From a virus, in IMG/VR virus record IMGVR_UViG_3300047160_003189, positions 1,411-65,410 of that record: 64,000 nt of DNA. The stretch is one strand, 5' to 3'. Made by a program: the position numbers and the translations under genes. Below the pieces are notes generated by a model. That model worked only from the letters and a program-made list of their open reading frames with translations. It was not told where the DNA came from and ran no database searches. Position 1 is the stretch's first letter. Each line of letters starts with the position of its first letter. This document shows positions 1 through 9,021 of the stretch, piece after piece.

Positions 1-180
1 TTCGGCATCCGCTTGCTGGTAGACAACATCAGATCGATGAACTACGTTCCGGTGTCGGCGCATGTGGTCATGCAACAGATACACCGGGTGCCGAGCGTGC
101 TCGACCAGGCCTTTCCGGGCTACGCCGAGTTTGGCCTATTGGGAAAAGTCGTAACGATGGAAGAGGATAATGACCCCTAG
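1..180 (+). CDS. Partial hypothetical protein (3' end only)
   Basis: Frame 1 is open from the window edge (FGIRLLVDN...AFPGYAEFGLLGKV) to TAG at 178-180, overlapping the helicase start. Confidence 0.7.
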   Translation, partial: FGIRLLVDNIRSMNYVPVSAHVVMQQIHRVPSVLDQAFPGYAEFGLLGKVVTMEEDNDP

Positions 181-1630
181 ACGTAAGCTCAGACGCCCCT
201 TGCAAGAAGACTTGCTTACACTGTTGTGCCTCAGTAAAGAGGACGGCAAGGCGGTTTATCACATGGTAACGCCGGCACACTTCGAAGGGGAATACAAGTA
301 CATCGCCACCCTGGCGAGCGACTTCTGGAAGAAGCACAATACTTGCCCAGGCGAGGCGCATATCGCCGATCTGATGGACGAGGTAATATCCGACAAGAAC
401 AACCCGCGCACTCCGGTGCTCAAGGGAATACTCAGCAATATGTTCTCGCTGATGGGCTCCATAAATACCGTATATGTGCTCGACCGGGTGCAACAGTTCT
501 TGCGAGTACAGGAACTGAAAGGTACAATCATCAAATCCGCCGAAGTCATTCAGTTGAAGGAGGAGGAGGGGCTGCGCGAAGCCGAGGAGATCATCGACAA
601 GTTTCGACGTAACAAGCAAGCCGACTTCTCCCCTGGACTGCGCTTCGACAACTTCGACCAAGTTCTAAAGTATAACGAGCGGCGCGAACGCGAGTTCGTT
701 ACCGGCATCAAAGAGCTGGACACCATGAATATAGTACCGGCCCGGCAGACCCTGATGCTATACTTGGGCGAAGCCAAGTCGGGCAAGTCCTGGATGTGCG
801 TCAATCTCATCAAGTATAACTTCCTGCAAGGCAAGAAGATACTCTATATATCGAACGAGATGGGCGAGGAGCCTATACTTCAAAGATGCTACCAGTCGAT
901 CTTCTCGATCACCAAGCGGCCGGTCGATAACGTAGAAGTGACCCGCTTCATGTTCGAGAAAGACCCGTACGGCAGGGAAGTACTTAAAGGCTTCGAGACT
1001 ATCGGAGTAGTTCCTGAGTTCAGCATGGGAAGTAGAAACGCCAGGACCGAGCTGTTGACCCGCATACGCGCCTGGGGGATCAACGCCCACAAGAACCTAG
1101 TAATAAAACGCTTCCCGCCACGAAGCCTCACCCTGTCGATGTATCGGAACTACTTGGACAGTCTCGAAGACAAGGACTTCTGCCCCGATCTGGTCATCAT
1201 CGATTATCCGGCCAAAATGTACATAGACCCGCGCAACTATAGGATAGAGATGGGCTCGCTGATGGACAATCTGCGCGCGGAAGCGGTAGCTCGCAATCAC
1301 GCGCTGTTCTGCCCGCATCAGGCTACCCGCTCCGGTGCCAAGGCCAGGACAGTAACAGGTACTGACTTGAGTGAGGACTGGAGCATAGCCGGCGTAGCCG
1401 ATCGAATACTTACCTTCAGCCGTACTAGAGCCGAGAAGCAGGCGCGGCTGGCGCGCTTGCTGGTAGACCGCGACCGTGAGGAGGGGGACGGCTTCGGAGT
1501 GCTGATGTCTCAGAACTACAGTATAGGACAGTACTGTTTGGACAGCACTCTGTTGCCGCCAGAATACTTCGAGAAGTTCTATCCGGGCCGGCGCGAGGAC
1601 GACGAAGGAAAATCCGAGGCTGATCAATGA
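170..1630 (+). CDS. DnaB-like replicative helicase
   Basis: Walker A GEAKSGKS, LYISNEM, Walker B LVIIDY, HQATR motif and RDRE arginine-finger region. Confidence 0.9.
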   Translation: MTPRRKLRRPLQEDLLTLLCLSKEDGKAVYHMVTPAHFEGEYKYIATLASDFWKKHNTCPGEAHIADLMDEVISDKNNPRTPVLKGILSNMFSLMGSINTVYVLDRVQQFLRVQELKGTIIKSAEVIQLKEEEGLREAEEIIDKFRRNKQADFSPGLRFDNFDQVLKYNERREREFVTGIKELDTMNIVPARQTLMLYLGEAKSGKSWMCVNLIKYNFLQGKKILYISNEMGEEPILQRCYQSIFSITKRPVDNVEVTRFMFEKDPYGREVLKGFETIGVVPEFSMGSRNARTELLTRIRAWGINAHKNLVIKRFPPRSLTLSMYRNYLDSLEDKDFCPDLVIIDYPAKMYIDPRNYRIEMGSLMDNLRAEAVARNHALFCPHQATRSGAKARTVTGTDLSEDWSIAGVADRILTFSRTRAEKQARLARLLVDRDREEGDGFGVLMSQNYSIGQYCLDSTLLPPEYFEKFYPGRREDDEGKSEADQ

Positions 1631-1643
1631 CTTGACTGGGGAT

Positions 1644-1673
1644 TTGACAAGCTCTCATAAGATGCTCTATAGT
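1644..1673 (+). promoter_or_regulatory. Sigma70-like promoter
   Basis: TTGACA-N18-TATAGT just upstream of the 1691 ORF. Confidence 0.65.
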
Positions 1674-1690
1674 CGCCGGTTGAAGATCGG

Positions 1691-2830
1691 ATGGAAGAGA
1701 GGGACATTAATACTATGAACAAAGGCGACAAAGCAGGTATAAAGGGCAAGAGCTTCAGGTACACCCAGCAACTCCTGCCCAAGACCAAAGGCCGGCGGAC
1801 TGACGCACATGCGCTCGCGCGCGCGTTACGTAAACAGACCGACGATTTCTGTCAAGTCATTGCGCGGAGATACCAAGTGAGCAATGTAGTAGACTTCCAG
1901 ACCAGATCGCCACTGCCGAGTACTCTTGATGAGTGCAAGAACCGGATCGAACAGGAACGGCATGAGCTGCGACGTGACATAGTAATGCACTGCGTCAGCA
2001 TAGGCGAGTGGCTGATAATTGCCAAAGGGTTGTGTAGTAAAGAGCGCGTCTTGTGGACTACTTGGCTGCAAGACAACTGGCAATGGTCAGACCGTCACGC
2101 ACAAAAGTACATGAATGTTGCTAGGACTGTCGGCCAGATTGATCCGAAACCGGCTTCGGATCAATCTGTGGCAGAAATGTGGCCGTCGATAGATCAAGAA
2201 GCTGTGTTTCTACTATGCAGATCATCAACACCCTCGCAAGTGCGCGAGGAAATACTGCAACAGGGCCGCACTACAGGCCAGCATATCAGTAAGCAGGCAG
2301 TAAAGGCCAAGTTGGCAACAGTAGAAAAAATCGAGCCTTGGCCCAAGGCCAAACTCGACACCTTGAAGGAACTACGTCAAAGCGGCAAGTCGGTCGAGGA
2401 GTGTGCAGAAGCTTTGGGAGTTAGTAAAGGCTCCGTCTCTGGTGCCATTCACCAACGCTTGCCGGAACTGAAGACGAGGACTTACTACAAGGCGAGCAAA
2501 GCGCCAGCCAAGAAGGTTCCGAGGCAGATACAAATCAGCCCCATTGCCATCGACGAAACTGATCTAGTACAGTTCGCGATGAAACTGGACCCTAGACTAC
2601 ATAAGCGTGGCGCACAACAGCTCGCGCACCGCTTCGCCGATTTCGTCAAGAATAAATACCATGAGGAGATGAAGAGATCGATCACTCATGAAGTCATTCA
2701 GGAATTGCTGCCCACCATCAAACAGCTACGAGCCGAAGGCGACAAGGGAAACAGCTTTGGTTACGATCCAATCAAAGTATCCGTCTTGACGCAAAAGGTC
2801 GAGAAGCTGTTCAAGGAGTGGGAGCAATAA
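1691..2830 (+). CDS. DUF3102-like protein with GcrA-like HTH
   Basis: IGEWLIIAK...WLQDNWQWSDRHAQKYM resembles DUF3102; WPKAKLDTLKELRQSGKSVEECAEALGVSKGSVSGAIHQRL resembles the GcrA N-terminal HTH. Confidence 0.6.
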   Translation: MEERDINTMNKGDKAGIKGKSFRYTQQLLPKTKGRRTDAHALARALRKQTDDFCQVIARRYQVSNVVDFQTRSPLPSTLDECKNRIEQERHELRRDIVMHCVSIGEWLIIAKGLCSKERVLWTTWLQDNWQWSDRHAQKYMNVARTVGQIDPKPASDQSVAEMWPSIDQEAVFLLCRSSTPSQVREEILQQGRTTGQHISKQAVKAKLATVEKIEPWPKAKLDTLKELRQSGKSVEECAEALGVSKGSVSGAIHQRLPELKTRTYYKASKAPAKKVPRQIQISPIAIDETDLVQFAMKLDPRLHKRGAQQLAHRFADFVKNKYHEEMKRSITHEVIQELLPTIKQLRAEGDKGNSFGYDPIKVSVLTQKVEKLFKEWEQ

Positions 2831-2895
2831 GGGCACTGTTGTTACTGCGCTTCAACAGTACAACCCTTTAACCTCCAAGCGCGTGAGGGACTACC

Positions 2896-3912
2896 ATGGC
2901 TAAGAAGTCGTATGCACGTACTGCGCGTGACAAGGCTAAGGATGTTCCCGAGCCTGATACTACTGTAGTAGAGTTCCCGAGTTGGCATAAAGCCGGCTAC
3001 CGGCATATGGCTACTCGGATCGTGTCTCCTCTTACTATCGAGGATATACTTAAGCACGCCAATCTGGAGCAAGCTCCTTTCGAGCGCCCGCTCAACGAGA
3101 AGCGTGTCGAGTTCCTGATGAATAAAGTACGGAGCGGCTTGGCTGTTCCGTTCAACTGGACTGAAGCTGTTCTGAAGGGAAATACTGACATCGATAAGGA
3201 GAGTGTTGATAATACTTTCCGCATCAACGGTCAGCATTCCTCCGAAGCTCTCAAGCGTCTGCATGAGCTTGGCGAGCTTCCGAAAGGACTGATTGCTGTT
3301 ATCAGTACTTTCGAGATCAACAGCATGGAAGGCGCGGCTAATCTGTTCGCGCAGCTCGACCATCGTGGGTCTGCGCGTACCGAGCTGGATGTCTACGGCT
3401 CCTTCAAGGATACTCATGAAGAGCTTCGTAATATCAGCCGCAAGATCGGGCTCAGGGCTCTCAAGGCTTGGGCTTGGCATGAAAGGGAAGTCGAGGGTGT
3501 TAAAGTACCCGTCAACGACGATTTGCCTTTCCGCTACAGTGACGAAGGTCTGTGGCCTTGGTTGCTGTTCTGTGGTGAGATGGTCAACAGTAGTGCTGTC
3601 CACAAGCATATCCACCAGAGGGACAGTATTCTGGCCGCCATCTACGCCTGCTTCCTTGTTGACAGGGATGCCGCTCATATTTTCTGGAGCGCGGTCTGTA
3701 GGCAAGGGGGTATCTTCAGTGACGAGGAGCAGCATCCTGCGGTTACTCTCGCCGACTGGCTTGTGAAGCAGTGCGGCGACAACAAGGACGATGATGTAGC
3801 GCCGGCTGGTTTCTACCGGGCTTGCATCATCGCTTGGAATGCCTATCGCAGCGGCAAGCCTATGGCCAATGTACGTTGGACGGGTAAGGGCGAGCTGCCG
3901 ACTGCCAACTAA
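2896..3912 (+). CDS. ParB/DGQHR-fold-like protein
   Basis: ERPLNEKRV, RINGQHSSEAL and LDHRGSART match the RxL..., DGQHR and D...RS pattern. Confidence 0.55.
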   Translation: MAKKSYARTARDKAKDVPEPDTTVVEFPSWHKAGYRHMATRIVSPLTIEDILKHANLEQAPFERPLNEKRVEFLMNKVRSGLAVPFNWTEAVLKGNTDIDKESVDNTFRINGQHSSEALKRLHELGELPKGLIAVISTFEINSMEGAANLFAQLDHRGSARTELDVYGSFKDTHEELRNISRKIGLRALKAWAWHEREVEGVKVPVNDDLPFRYSDEGLWPWLLFCGEMVNSSAVHKHIHQRDSILAAIYACFLVDRDAAHIFWSAVCRQGGIFSDEEQHPAVTLADWLVKQCGDNKDDDVAPAGFYRACIIAWNAYRSGKPMANVRWTGKGELPTAN

Positions 3913-3930
3913 TAGCATAACCGAATACTA

Positions 3931-3959
3931 CCCACCGGGAGCGTTGGGCTCCCGGTGGG
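3931..3959. terminator. Stem-loop (possible terminator or processing hairpin)
   Basis: Perfect 12-bp stem CCCACCGGGAGC/GCTCCCGGTGGG with a 5-nt loop; no U-tract. Confidence 0.4.
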
Positions 3960-3985
3960 CTTAACATGAGGGCAAGGACACCCAA

Positions 3986-4489
3986 ATGACTACTCAGGGG
4001 AATGGGACCACAGACGATAGCAAGGTAGTCGCTGGATCGGTTACTCTTAAAGAACTGATGCAGTACTTCACCTACTTCGCTTCCAACAAGCTGTGGGAGA
4101 ATATTACTATTACTATCAACATCACGATAGGAGCGCCACCGGCTCCTCAACAAGTAAAGGTCGAGCCAATCGACCTTCCTCCTCCACCCCCTTCACCGGC
4201 TCCCGCCATAGTAATCACCGAGCCGGTGATATCGTATAGAGAAGGAATAAGCCTAAGCCCGCGCGAGCTTACTACTATAAAATCCCTGGCCATGGGGGAC
4301 AGTAACAAGCATATGGCACGAAGGTTGAACATCACCGAGGCGACCGTTAAAGTACACGTCAAGTCGGTGCTGCGCAAGCTGCGCCTGAAGAACCGCACCC
4401 AAGCCGCCGCTTGGTGGTACGAGCAAGGTCTGAAGCAATTCAATGGAGTACAAGTAAATGGACAAGCAAGCCATCCAGAAGTTACTTGA
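3986..4489 (+). CDS. LuxR-family HTH regulator with Pro-rich N-terminus
   Basis: LSPRELTTIKSLAMGDSNKHMARRLNITEATVKVHVKSVLRKLRLKNRTQAA is a typical LuxR C-terminal domain. Confidence 0.9.
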   Translation: MTTQGNGTTDDSKVVAGSVTLKELMQYFTYFASNKLWENITITINITIGAPPAPQQVKVEPIDLPPPPPSPAPAIVITEPVISYREGISLSPRELTTIKSLAMGDSNKHMARRLNITEATVKVHVKSVLRKLRLKNRTQAAAWWYEQGLKQFNGVQVNGQASHPEVT

Positions 4490-4613
4490 GCTGATCCGAG
4501 AAATCGTCAGCGAGAGTAACACGCCATGGAAGGAGAAGGCCGAAGCCATCAAGGCAGAAGCCAGCGATGACGAGCTTACGGCCCTGGCCGAGTTCTCGTC
4601 TTGGTTCGAGTAG
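4458..4613 (+). CDS. Hypothetical protein, 51 aa
   Basis: Translated by hand: MDKQAIQKLLELIREIV...AEFSSWFE; packs between neighbouring genes. Confidence 0.6.
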   Translation: MDKQAIQKLLELIREIVSESNTPWKEKAEAIKAEASDDELTALAEFSSWFE

Positions 4614-4694
4614 AACTAGACTTCGCGGCTAAGTACCTCCTGATCTGCTTTATAGTGGGCATGATCTGGGGGTACTTAAGTAAAGGGGAGTAGA

Positions 4695-5030
4695 ATGAGA
4701 AACCTAAACATAAGCCTCGACCGGCTCGACCGGCACAGTAAAGAAAGCTTGGCGCGCATGACGCGCAAGATCGAAAACCTGAAGGCCATGGCCAGCGTCG
4801 ATCCCAAGAACTTCCTCCGCTTATACGATAAAGCGGTAGATAGAAAAGAGAGGTACATAAAGCTCGTCGCCTTCGAGTTCGAAAATATCTACGATCTGTT
4901 GAGGCGACGGCAGCGGGCCGTAATGGAAATCCGCAAGATACAGCAGAAGCGTAAACATTACGAAGAGAAGAGGAAGTATTATGGACAGTCCGTACGAGGA
5001 AATGACCGAGATGCAAAAAGACGAGGTTAA
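4695..5030 (+). CDS. Hypothetical basic coiled-coil protein
   Basis: RBS GGGGAG, 111-aa ORF in operon orientation. Confidence 0.7.
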   Translation: MRNLNISLDRLDRHSKESLARMTRKIENLKAMASVDPKNFLRLYDKAVDRKERYIKLVAFEFENIYDLLRRRQRAVMEIRKIQQKRKHYEEKRKYYGQSVRGNDRDAKRRG

Positions 5031-5361
5031 GTGCCCTAAGATATACTGCTATCACTGCCCCGGTGCGCCGAAGCCATGGGTAGCAGTATATCACGGCACT
5101 CGCAAGAACAAGAACGGCAAAGTAACTTTCAGCCCGCTTCCCGTCAACTTCTACGGCAAGGAAGAGCTTGAGGTTACTGTCATGGCCGAGGAGTGGTGGA
5201 TCACCGAGGTCGCCAAGTATAAACGCCTCGACAAACGAAACCATGAGCTGGTCGAACGCCGGCGGCAATTCCTCGCCGACAAGGGGGAGGGAGAGCCAGT
5301 AGAGAACAACGAGTTCGCCGAGAAGGTGGCAGAGAAGGTAAAAGCCACCAAGAAGAAGTAA
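4981..5361 (+). CDS. Hypothetical protein
   Basis: 126-aa ORF in operon orientation, with CxxxYCxHC segment; start uncertain (4981 or 5002). Confidence 0.7.
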   Translation: MDSPYEEMTEMQKDEVKCPKIYCYHCPGAPKPWVAVYHGTRKNKNGKVTFSPLPVNFYGKEELEVTVMAEEWWITEVAKYKRLDKRNHELVERRRQFLADKGEGEPVENNEFAEKVAEKVKATKKK

Positions 5362-5416
5362 GCACACACTAGACTTGCGGTCAGCCCCCGCAAGTCTACT
5401 TTCAATGGAGAGAGTA

Positions 5417-6958
5417 ATGAGCAAGTGGCAGGGGGTTCCTCCGAAAGCTATACAAGACTTCCTCAACAGGAAGCTTGACGACTACCGAACAGCAAAAGAC
5501 ATCAGCGACGAGACGATCCAAGAACTATACGACCAACTGCCGATCACCCCGCCGATCTGGCGGATACTGAAGAGGGAACAGAAAATCTGCTTCCTCATTG
5601 GAGCCTGGACCCCGCGCTTCTACTTTGCGCTCGACCTGGGCATGGGCAAGACCCTGCTATCCATCGCACTCGGACGTTACTTCAATCATCTGGGCTATGC
5701 CGAGAAGATCATGGTATTAGTTCCTAGAGTAGCCAATAAGGAAGAGTGGGGGGCGTTGATCCGCAAGCATACTAAAGACGTTCCTTACTTAGTATTGAAA
5801 GGTTCGACCGCCGAGAAGTGGCGGCAGCTCGAAACTAGTAATGCGCTGTTCGTGATCGAGACTTACCCAGGCTTCCGCAAGATGATAAGCCGGCGCGTCA
5901 GTAACGGCAAGAAGACAGTAGAAGAGCTGGACCCTGGCCGGATGCGGCGCATGGCCGAGCTGATGCAGGGAATGATCTACGACGAGCTGACCCAGGCGAA
6001 GACCCAGAAGTCTCTCATCTTCAAGATCGCCTCTACTATGAGCAAGAGCTGCAAGTTTACTTTCGGTCTATCGGGGACGCCCTTCGGGCGCAACCCGCAT
6101 GACCTCTGGGCACAGATGTTTCTAGTAGACTTGGGCGAGACGTTGGGTAGGACGCTCAGCATCTTCCGAGCCGTGTTCTTCAATACTAATATTAACTACT
6201 GGGGTGGCTATGAGTACATCTTCAAGCGGACCCTTCGGCGCGAGCTGCACCGGACCTTGATGCACCGGATGATCCGCTTCAAGGCCGATGAGAGTACTCT
6301 ACCTCCGGTCAGCTTCCTCAAGCAACGCATACCATTGCCCAAGACCAACGAGCCTTTCTACAGAAGAGCCATCGCCGATCTGCGGGCGGCCAAAGGTAAT
6401 ATCAAGGAGATCGAGAACGCCTTCCTTAGACTACGGCAAATATCATCCGGCTTCGTCGGCTACAAGCACGATGCCGAGAAAGGCATCATCGATCTGCCAG
6501 ATAACCCGAAGCTTGAACTACTGATAACCATGCTGCAAAGCCTGGACGAGAAGGCAGTAGTCTTTCATGACTTCATCTACAGTGGAAAGCTGATAAAGGC
6601 CGAACTCGACAAGCTGGGTATCAAGTATTCTCACATCTACGGTTACACTAGGGACCATGAGAAAGAGCTGAGCCAGTTCGCCGATGACAAGGACTGTAAA
6701 GTAATGTTGCTCAACAGCTCGTCGGGAGCCTACGGCCTGGACCGGCTGAAGGCGGGGAAGTATGGGATATACTACGAGAGCCCGGTGCCGGCTGAGATAC
6801 GCTTCCAGTCCGAGCGGCGGGTGAGGCGTCAGCTCTCCAAGCATAAGAAAGTATTTCTCATCGATCTAGTAGTAACGGGCACCATGGATGATCGCATTCT
6901 ACAGTTCCATGCCGAGGGCAAAGACCTGTTCCAGAGTATAATTGAAGGGAAAATCTGA
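5417..6958 (+). CDS. SNF2/SF2 helicase
   Basis: LDLGMGKT (motif I), IYDELT (II), LSGTP (III), YGLDRL and QSERRVRR C-terminal helicase motifs. Confidence 0.88.
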   Translation: MSKWQGVPPKAIQDFLNRKLDDYRTAKDISDETIQELYDQLPITPPIWRILKREQKICFLIGAWTPRFYFALDLGMGKTLLSIALGRYFNHLGYAEKIMVLVPRVANKEEWGALIRKHTKDVPYLVLKGSTAEKWRQLETSNALFVIETYPGFRKMISRRVSNGKKTVEELDPGRMRRMAELMQGMIYDELTQAKTQKSLIFKIASTMSKSCKFTFGLSGTPFGRNPHDLWAQMFLVDLGETLGRTLSIFRAVFFNTNINYWGGYEYIFKRTLRRELHRTLMHRMIRFKADESTLPPVSFLKQRIPLPKTNEPFYRRAIADLRAAKGNIKEIENAFLRLRQISSGFVGYKHDAEKGIIDLPDNPKLELLITMLQSLDEKAVVFHDFIYSGKLIKAELDKLGIKYSHIYGYTRDHEKELSQFADDKDCKVMLLNSSSGAYGLDRLKAGKYGIYYESPVPAEIRFQSERRVRRQLSKHKKVFLIDLVVTGTMDDRILQFHAEGKDLFQSIIEGKI

Positions 6959-6984
6959 TTTGACTAGAAGACTTTAACGCCGAC

Positions 6985-7014
6985 TTGACAGCTTGGCTTG
7001 ACTTGAGATAAGAT
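6985..7014 (+). promoter_or_regulatory. Sigma70-like promoter
   Basis: TTGACA-N18-TAAGAT upstream of the GAGAGGGACT RBS. Confidence 0.55.
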
Positions 7015-7051
7015 GCACGTTCGCCCGCCATGGGCTCAGAGAGGGACTGAG

Positions 7052-7276
7052 ATGACTGACGAAAACGATACTACAACTGTACAAGGCATCGTGAGGCAAG
7101 ACATCGAGATGCTCGACGTTACTGGGGACTATAAGAGAAGAGGAGTAGAAGTAAATATTAGCGAGGACGCTAGAGTATTGTGGGTGAACGTAGCAGGCGT
7201 CTGCCGGCTGCGTGTTTGTCGGATCGAGGGGCCTATTACTATAAAAGCTCCCCGCTCCATCAAGATTACTAGATAG
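7052..7276 (+). CDS. Hypothetical protein
   Basis: RBS GAGAGGGA before ATG 7052; 74 aa. Confidence 0.7.
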   Translation: MTDENDTTTVQGIVRQDIEMLDVTGDYKRRGVEVNISEDARVLWVNVAGVCRLRVCRIEGPITIKAPRSIKITR

Positions 7277-7287
7277 GAGGGGTTGAG

Positions 7288-7470
7288 ATGAACCGCATGA
7301 GTAGACTTGAAGAGATCAAGCGGATGATTATCCGCTCACTACGCCGCGATGCTGAAAATTGCAGCAAGATACCGGGCGGCTATAGAATACATTCCGGCTG
7401 GATCAAGAGTATCGCCGATGACCTCGAACGCAACGAAGGCTACATCGAGATCATCGAGAGGAGGAAGTAA
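7288..7470 (+). CDS. Hypothetical protein
   Basis: RBS GGAGG, 60 aa, coupled to the next gene. Confidence 0.65.
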   Translation: MNRMSRLEEIKRMIIRSLRRDAENCSKIPGGYRIHSGWIKSIADDLERNEGYIEIIERRK

Positions 7471-7715
7471 TGAATAACGAGTTCTCGGTCTACCAGTTCT
7501 TCAAGGACGAAAGCTACGAGTGTGTTCGCAGCTTCGTTTCGGCCGAGGAAGCCGTGAAGGCGGCGCAACACTACTGCACAAGTGTGGGGGCGCGCATGGG
7601 TACTACCGTGCGCGTCATCATCACCGATGGCGGCGACTGCACCAACTTCGAGTGGAAGTATGGTGAGGGAGTTACTTTCCCCACCAGGGAAGAACTACAG
7701 AAGAAGGACCAATGA
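7470..7715 (+). CDS. Hypothetical protein
   Basis: 81 aa, TAATG coupling. Confidence 0.7.
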   Translation: MNNEFSVYQFFKDESYECVRSFVSAEEAVKAAQHYCTSVGARMGTTVRVIITDGGDCTNFEWKYGEGVTFPTREELQKKDQ

Positions 7716-7716
7716 C

Positions 7717-8616
7717 GTGCTTATCGATGATCTACTCAACAACCCCATGGTCGCCAAGACTTTCGGCGCTACTTGGGGGCAACTGCAATCTGATCTACAG
7801 AACTCGCAGAAGTTCGTCATCAGCAAGGAGATCGCCGAGGTCGCCGACGAGCTTTCTACTGACGAGAGCCAAGCCGAGAAAGTACTTCAGCATTGTCGGT
7901 TGCCGTTCCCGTTGGTCTGGGCGGAAGTAGTGCATCAAGATCGCCCCCACTACCTTAACGCCGAACGTCCTCCGGCAGCTCATGAGAAGGTGCCGGTGCG
8001 CGTCGGCGTTTTACTTCGTGGAATTGCAGACACCAAGGGGACGCAATTCCGAGCCAGCCTATTCTGGAACTACCCAGATGAGAAGATGGCTATTTGTAGT
8101 ATGATCGACATGCTTATCGATGTAACTAAAGGGGTGGACGGGAGCGTATTCATGCGCCCCTGTCCCTACTGGTACGATGCCGCCATGCTTATACTACAAG
8201 ACCATGGGCAGGACAGGCTCGCCAAGCTCATCGAGTGCTCGAAAGGCGACTGGCCCGGTGAGGTTCCCTTCTGGGCTTCTATACTTGCGCTGGTCAACTC
8301 GCGCAATGCGATAGAGTTGAAGATGGTAGATAATACTCTGTGGAACAGGAAGAGAGCCAAGCGAGGTCAGAAGCCGTTCGTTGACTACCGTGTCTGTCAC
8401 TTGCGCGTGCCGAAAGCCCTGCGCAATACTATAGGTGTTGTCGGCAACGAGCCGGGCGGCAAGAAGGCGTTTCACTACGTCAGCGGTCACTTCAAGGTCA
8501 GGAAGACCGGCATCTACTGGTGGCAGCCGCATTCGCGAGGCGACATCTCCTTGGGTGTAGTTCACCGCAAGCATACTATAGTGGAGGGAGCTGATGCCCC
8601 GCGTGAGGATCGGTAG
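7717..8616 (+). CDS. Conserved phage hypothetical protein
   Basis: Likely GTG start at 7717; C-terminal HYVSGHFKVRKTGIYWWQPHSRG basic His/Trp motif. Confidence 0.75.
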   Translation: MLIDDLLNNPMVAKTFGATWGQLQSDLQNSQKFVISKEIAEVADELSTDESQAEKVLQHCRLPFPLVWAEVVHQDRPHYLNAERPPAAHEKVPVRVGVLLRGIADTKGTQFRASLFWNYPDEKMAICSMIDMLIDVTKGVDGSVFMRPCPYWYDAAMLILQDHGQDRLAKLIECSKGDWPGEVPFWASILALVNSRNAIELKMVDNTLWNRKRAKRGQKPFVDYRVCHLRVPKALRNTIGVVGNEPGGKKAFHYVSGHFKVRKTGIYWWQPHSRGDISLGVVHRKHTIVEGADAPREDR

Positions 8617-8797
8617 AGTACGGATCAACAAGAGGGTCCGCATCAAACAACACTACTCTCCGTCTCAGTGGCAAGCTCTCTCGGAGAAGACCGATAGACT
8701 ACTCGAGGAAAGACTACAGGCATGGCGCGATGCTCACCCCTACCCAGAGCATCTAGGTATGAACCCGCACCAGCTCGTAAAGAAAGGAAAGAAGTAA
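8594..8797 (+). CDS. Small protein with triple RVRI N-terminus
   Basis: MPRVRIGRVRINKRVRIK; RBS GGAGGGAG; coupled to the next gene. Confidence 0.65.
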   Translation: MPRVRIGRVRINKRVRIKQHYSPSQWQALSEKTDRLLEERLQAWRDAHPYPEHLGMNPHQLVKKGKK

Positions 8798-9021
8798 TGT
8801 GCAAGACCACTGCCGTCGATCTCAAGGGACTAGTCTTCGGCACCCTGACGGTGAAGCGAAGACACTACCCGCATCAGGACGAAGTAAAGCATTGCCGGCT
8901 GGCCCGCTGGGTCTGCGAGTGCAGTGTTTGCGGCCGCAAGAGAGTACTCTTCAGTCAAGCCATCCGAGGCAAGGACTTCTCTACTTGCCGCTGCGCTAAT
9001 GCAAGGATTTTCGTGTCATGA
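8797..9021 (+). CDS. Small Cys-containing protein resembling the N-terminal domain of phage HNH/AP2 proteins
   Basis: DLKGLVFGTLTV...WVCECSVCG; no nuclease domain follows. Confidence 0.55.
   Translation: MCKTTAVDLKGLVFGTLTVKRRHYPHQDEVKHCRLARWVCECSVCGRKRVLFSQAIRGKDFSTCRCANARIFVS

Noticed and set aside
2842-3918. 358-aa minus-strand ORF
   Set aside because: Antisense shadow of the ParB-like gene; no motifs and wrong orientation for the operon.
3931-3959. Long hairpin considered as a fourth ribozyme
   Set aside because: No CUGANGA or GAAA core around it; treated as a plain stem-loop.
4576-5466. 296-aa minus-strand ORF
   Set aside because: Overlaps several well-spaced + genes and has no recognisable domain.
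8797-9021. Possible HNH homing endonuclease
   Set aside because: Only the N-terminal Cys domain is present; no HNH motif follows in any frame I could read.
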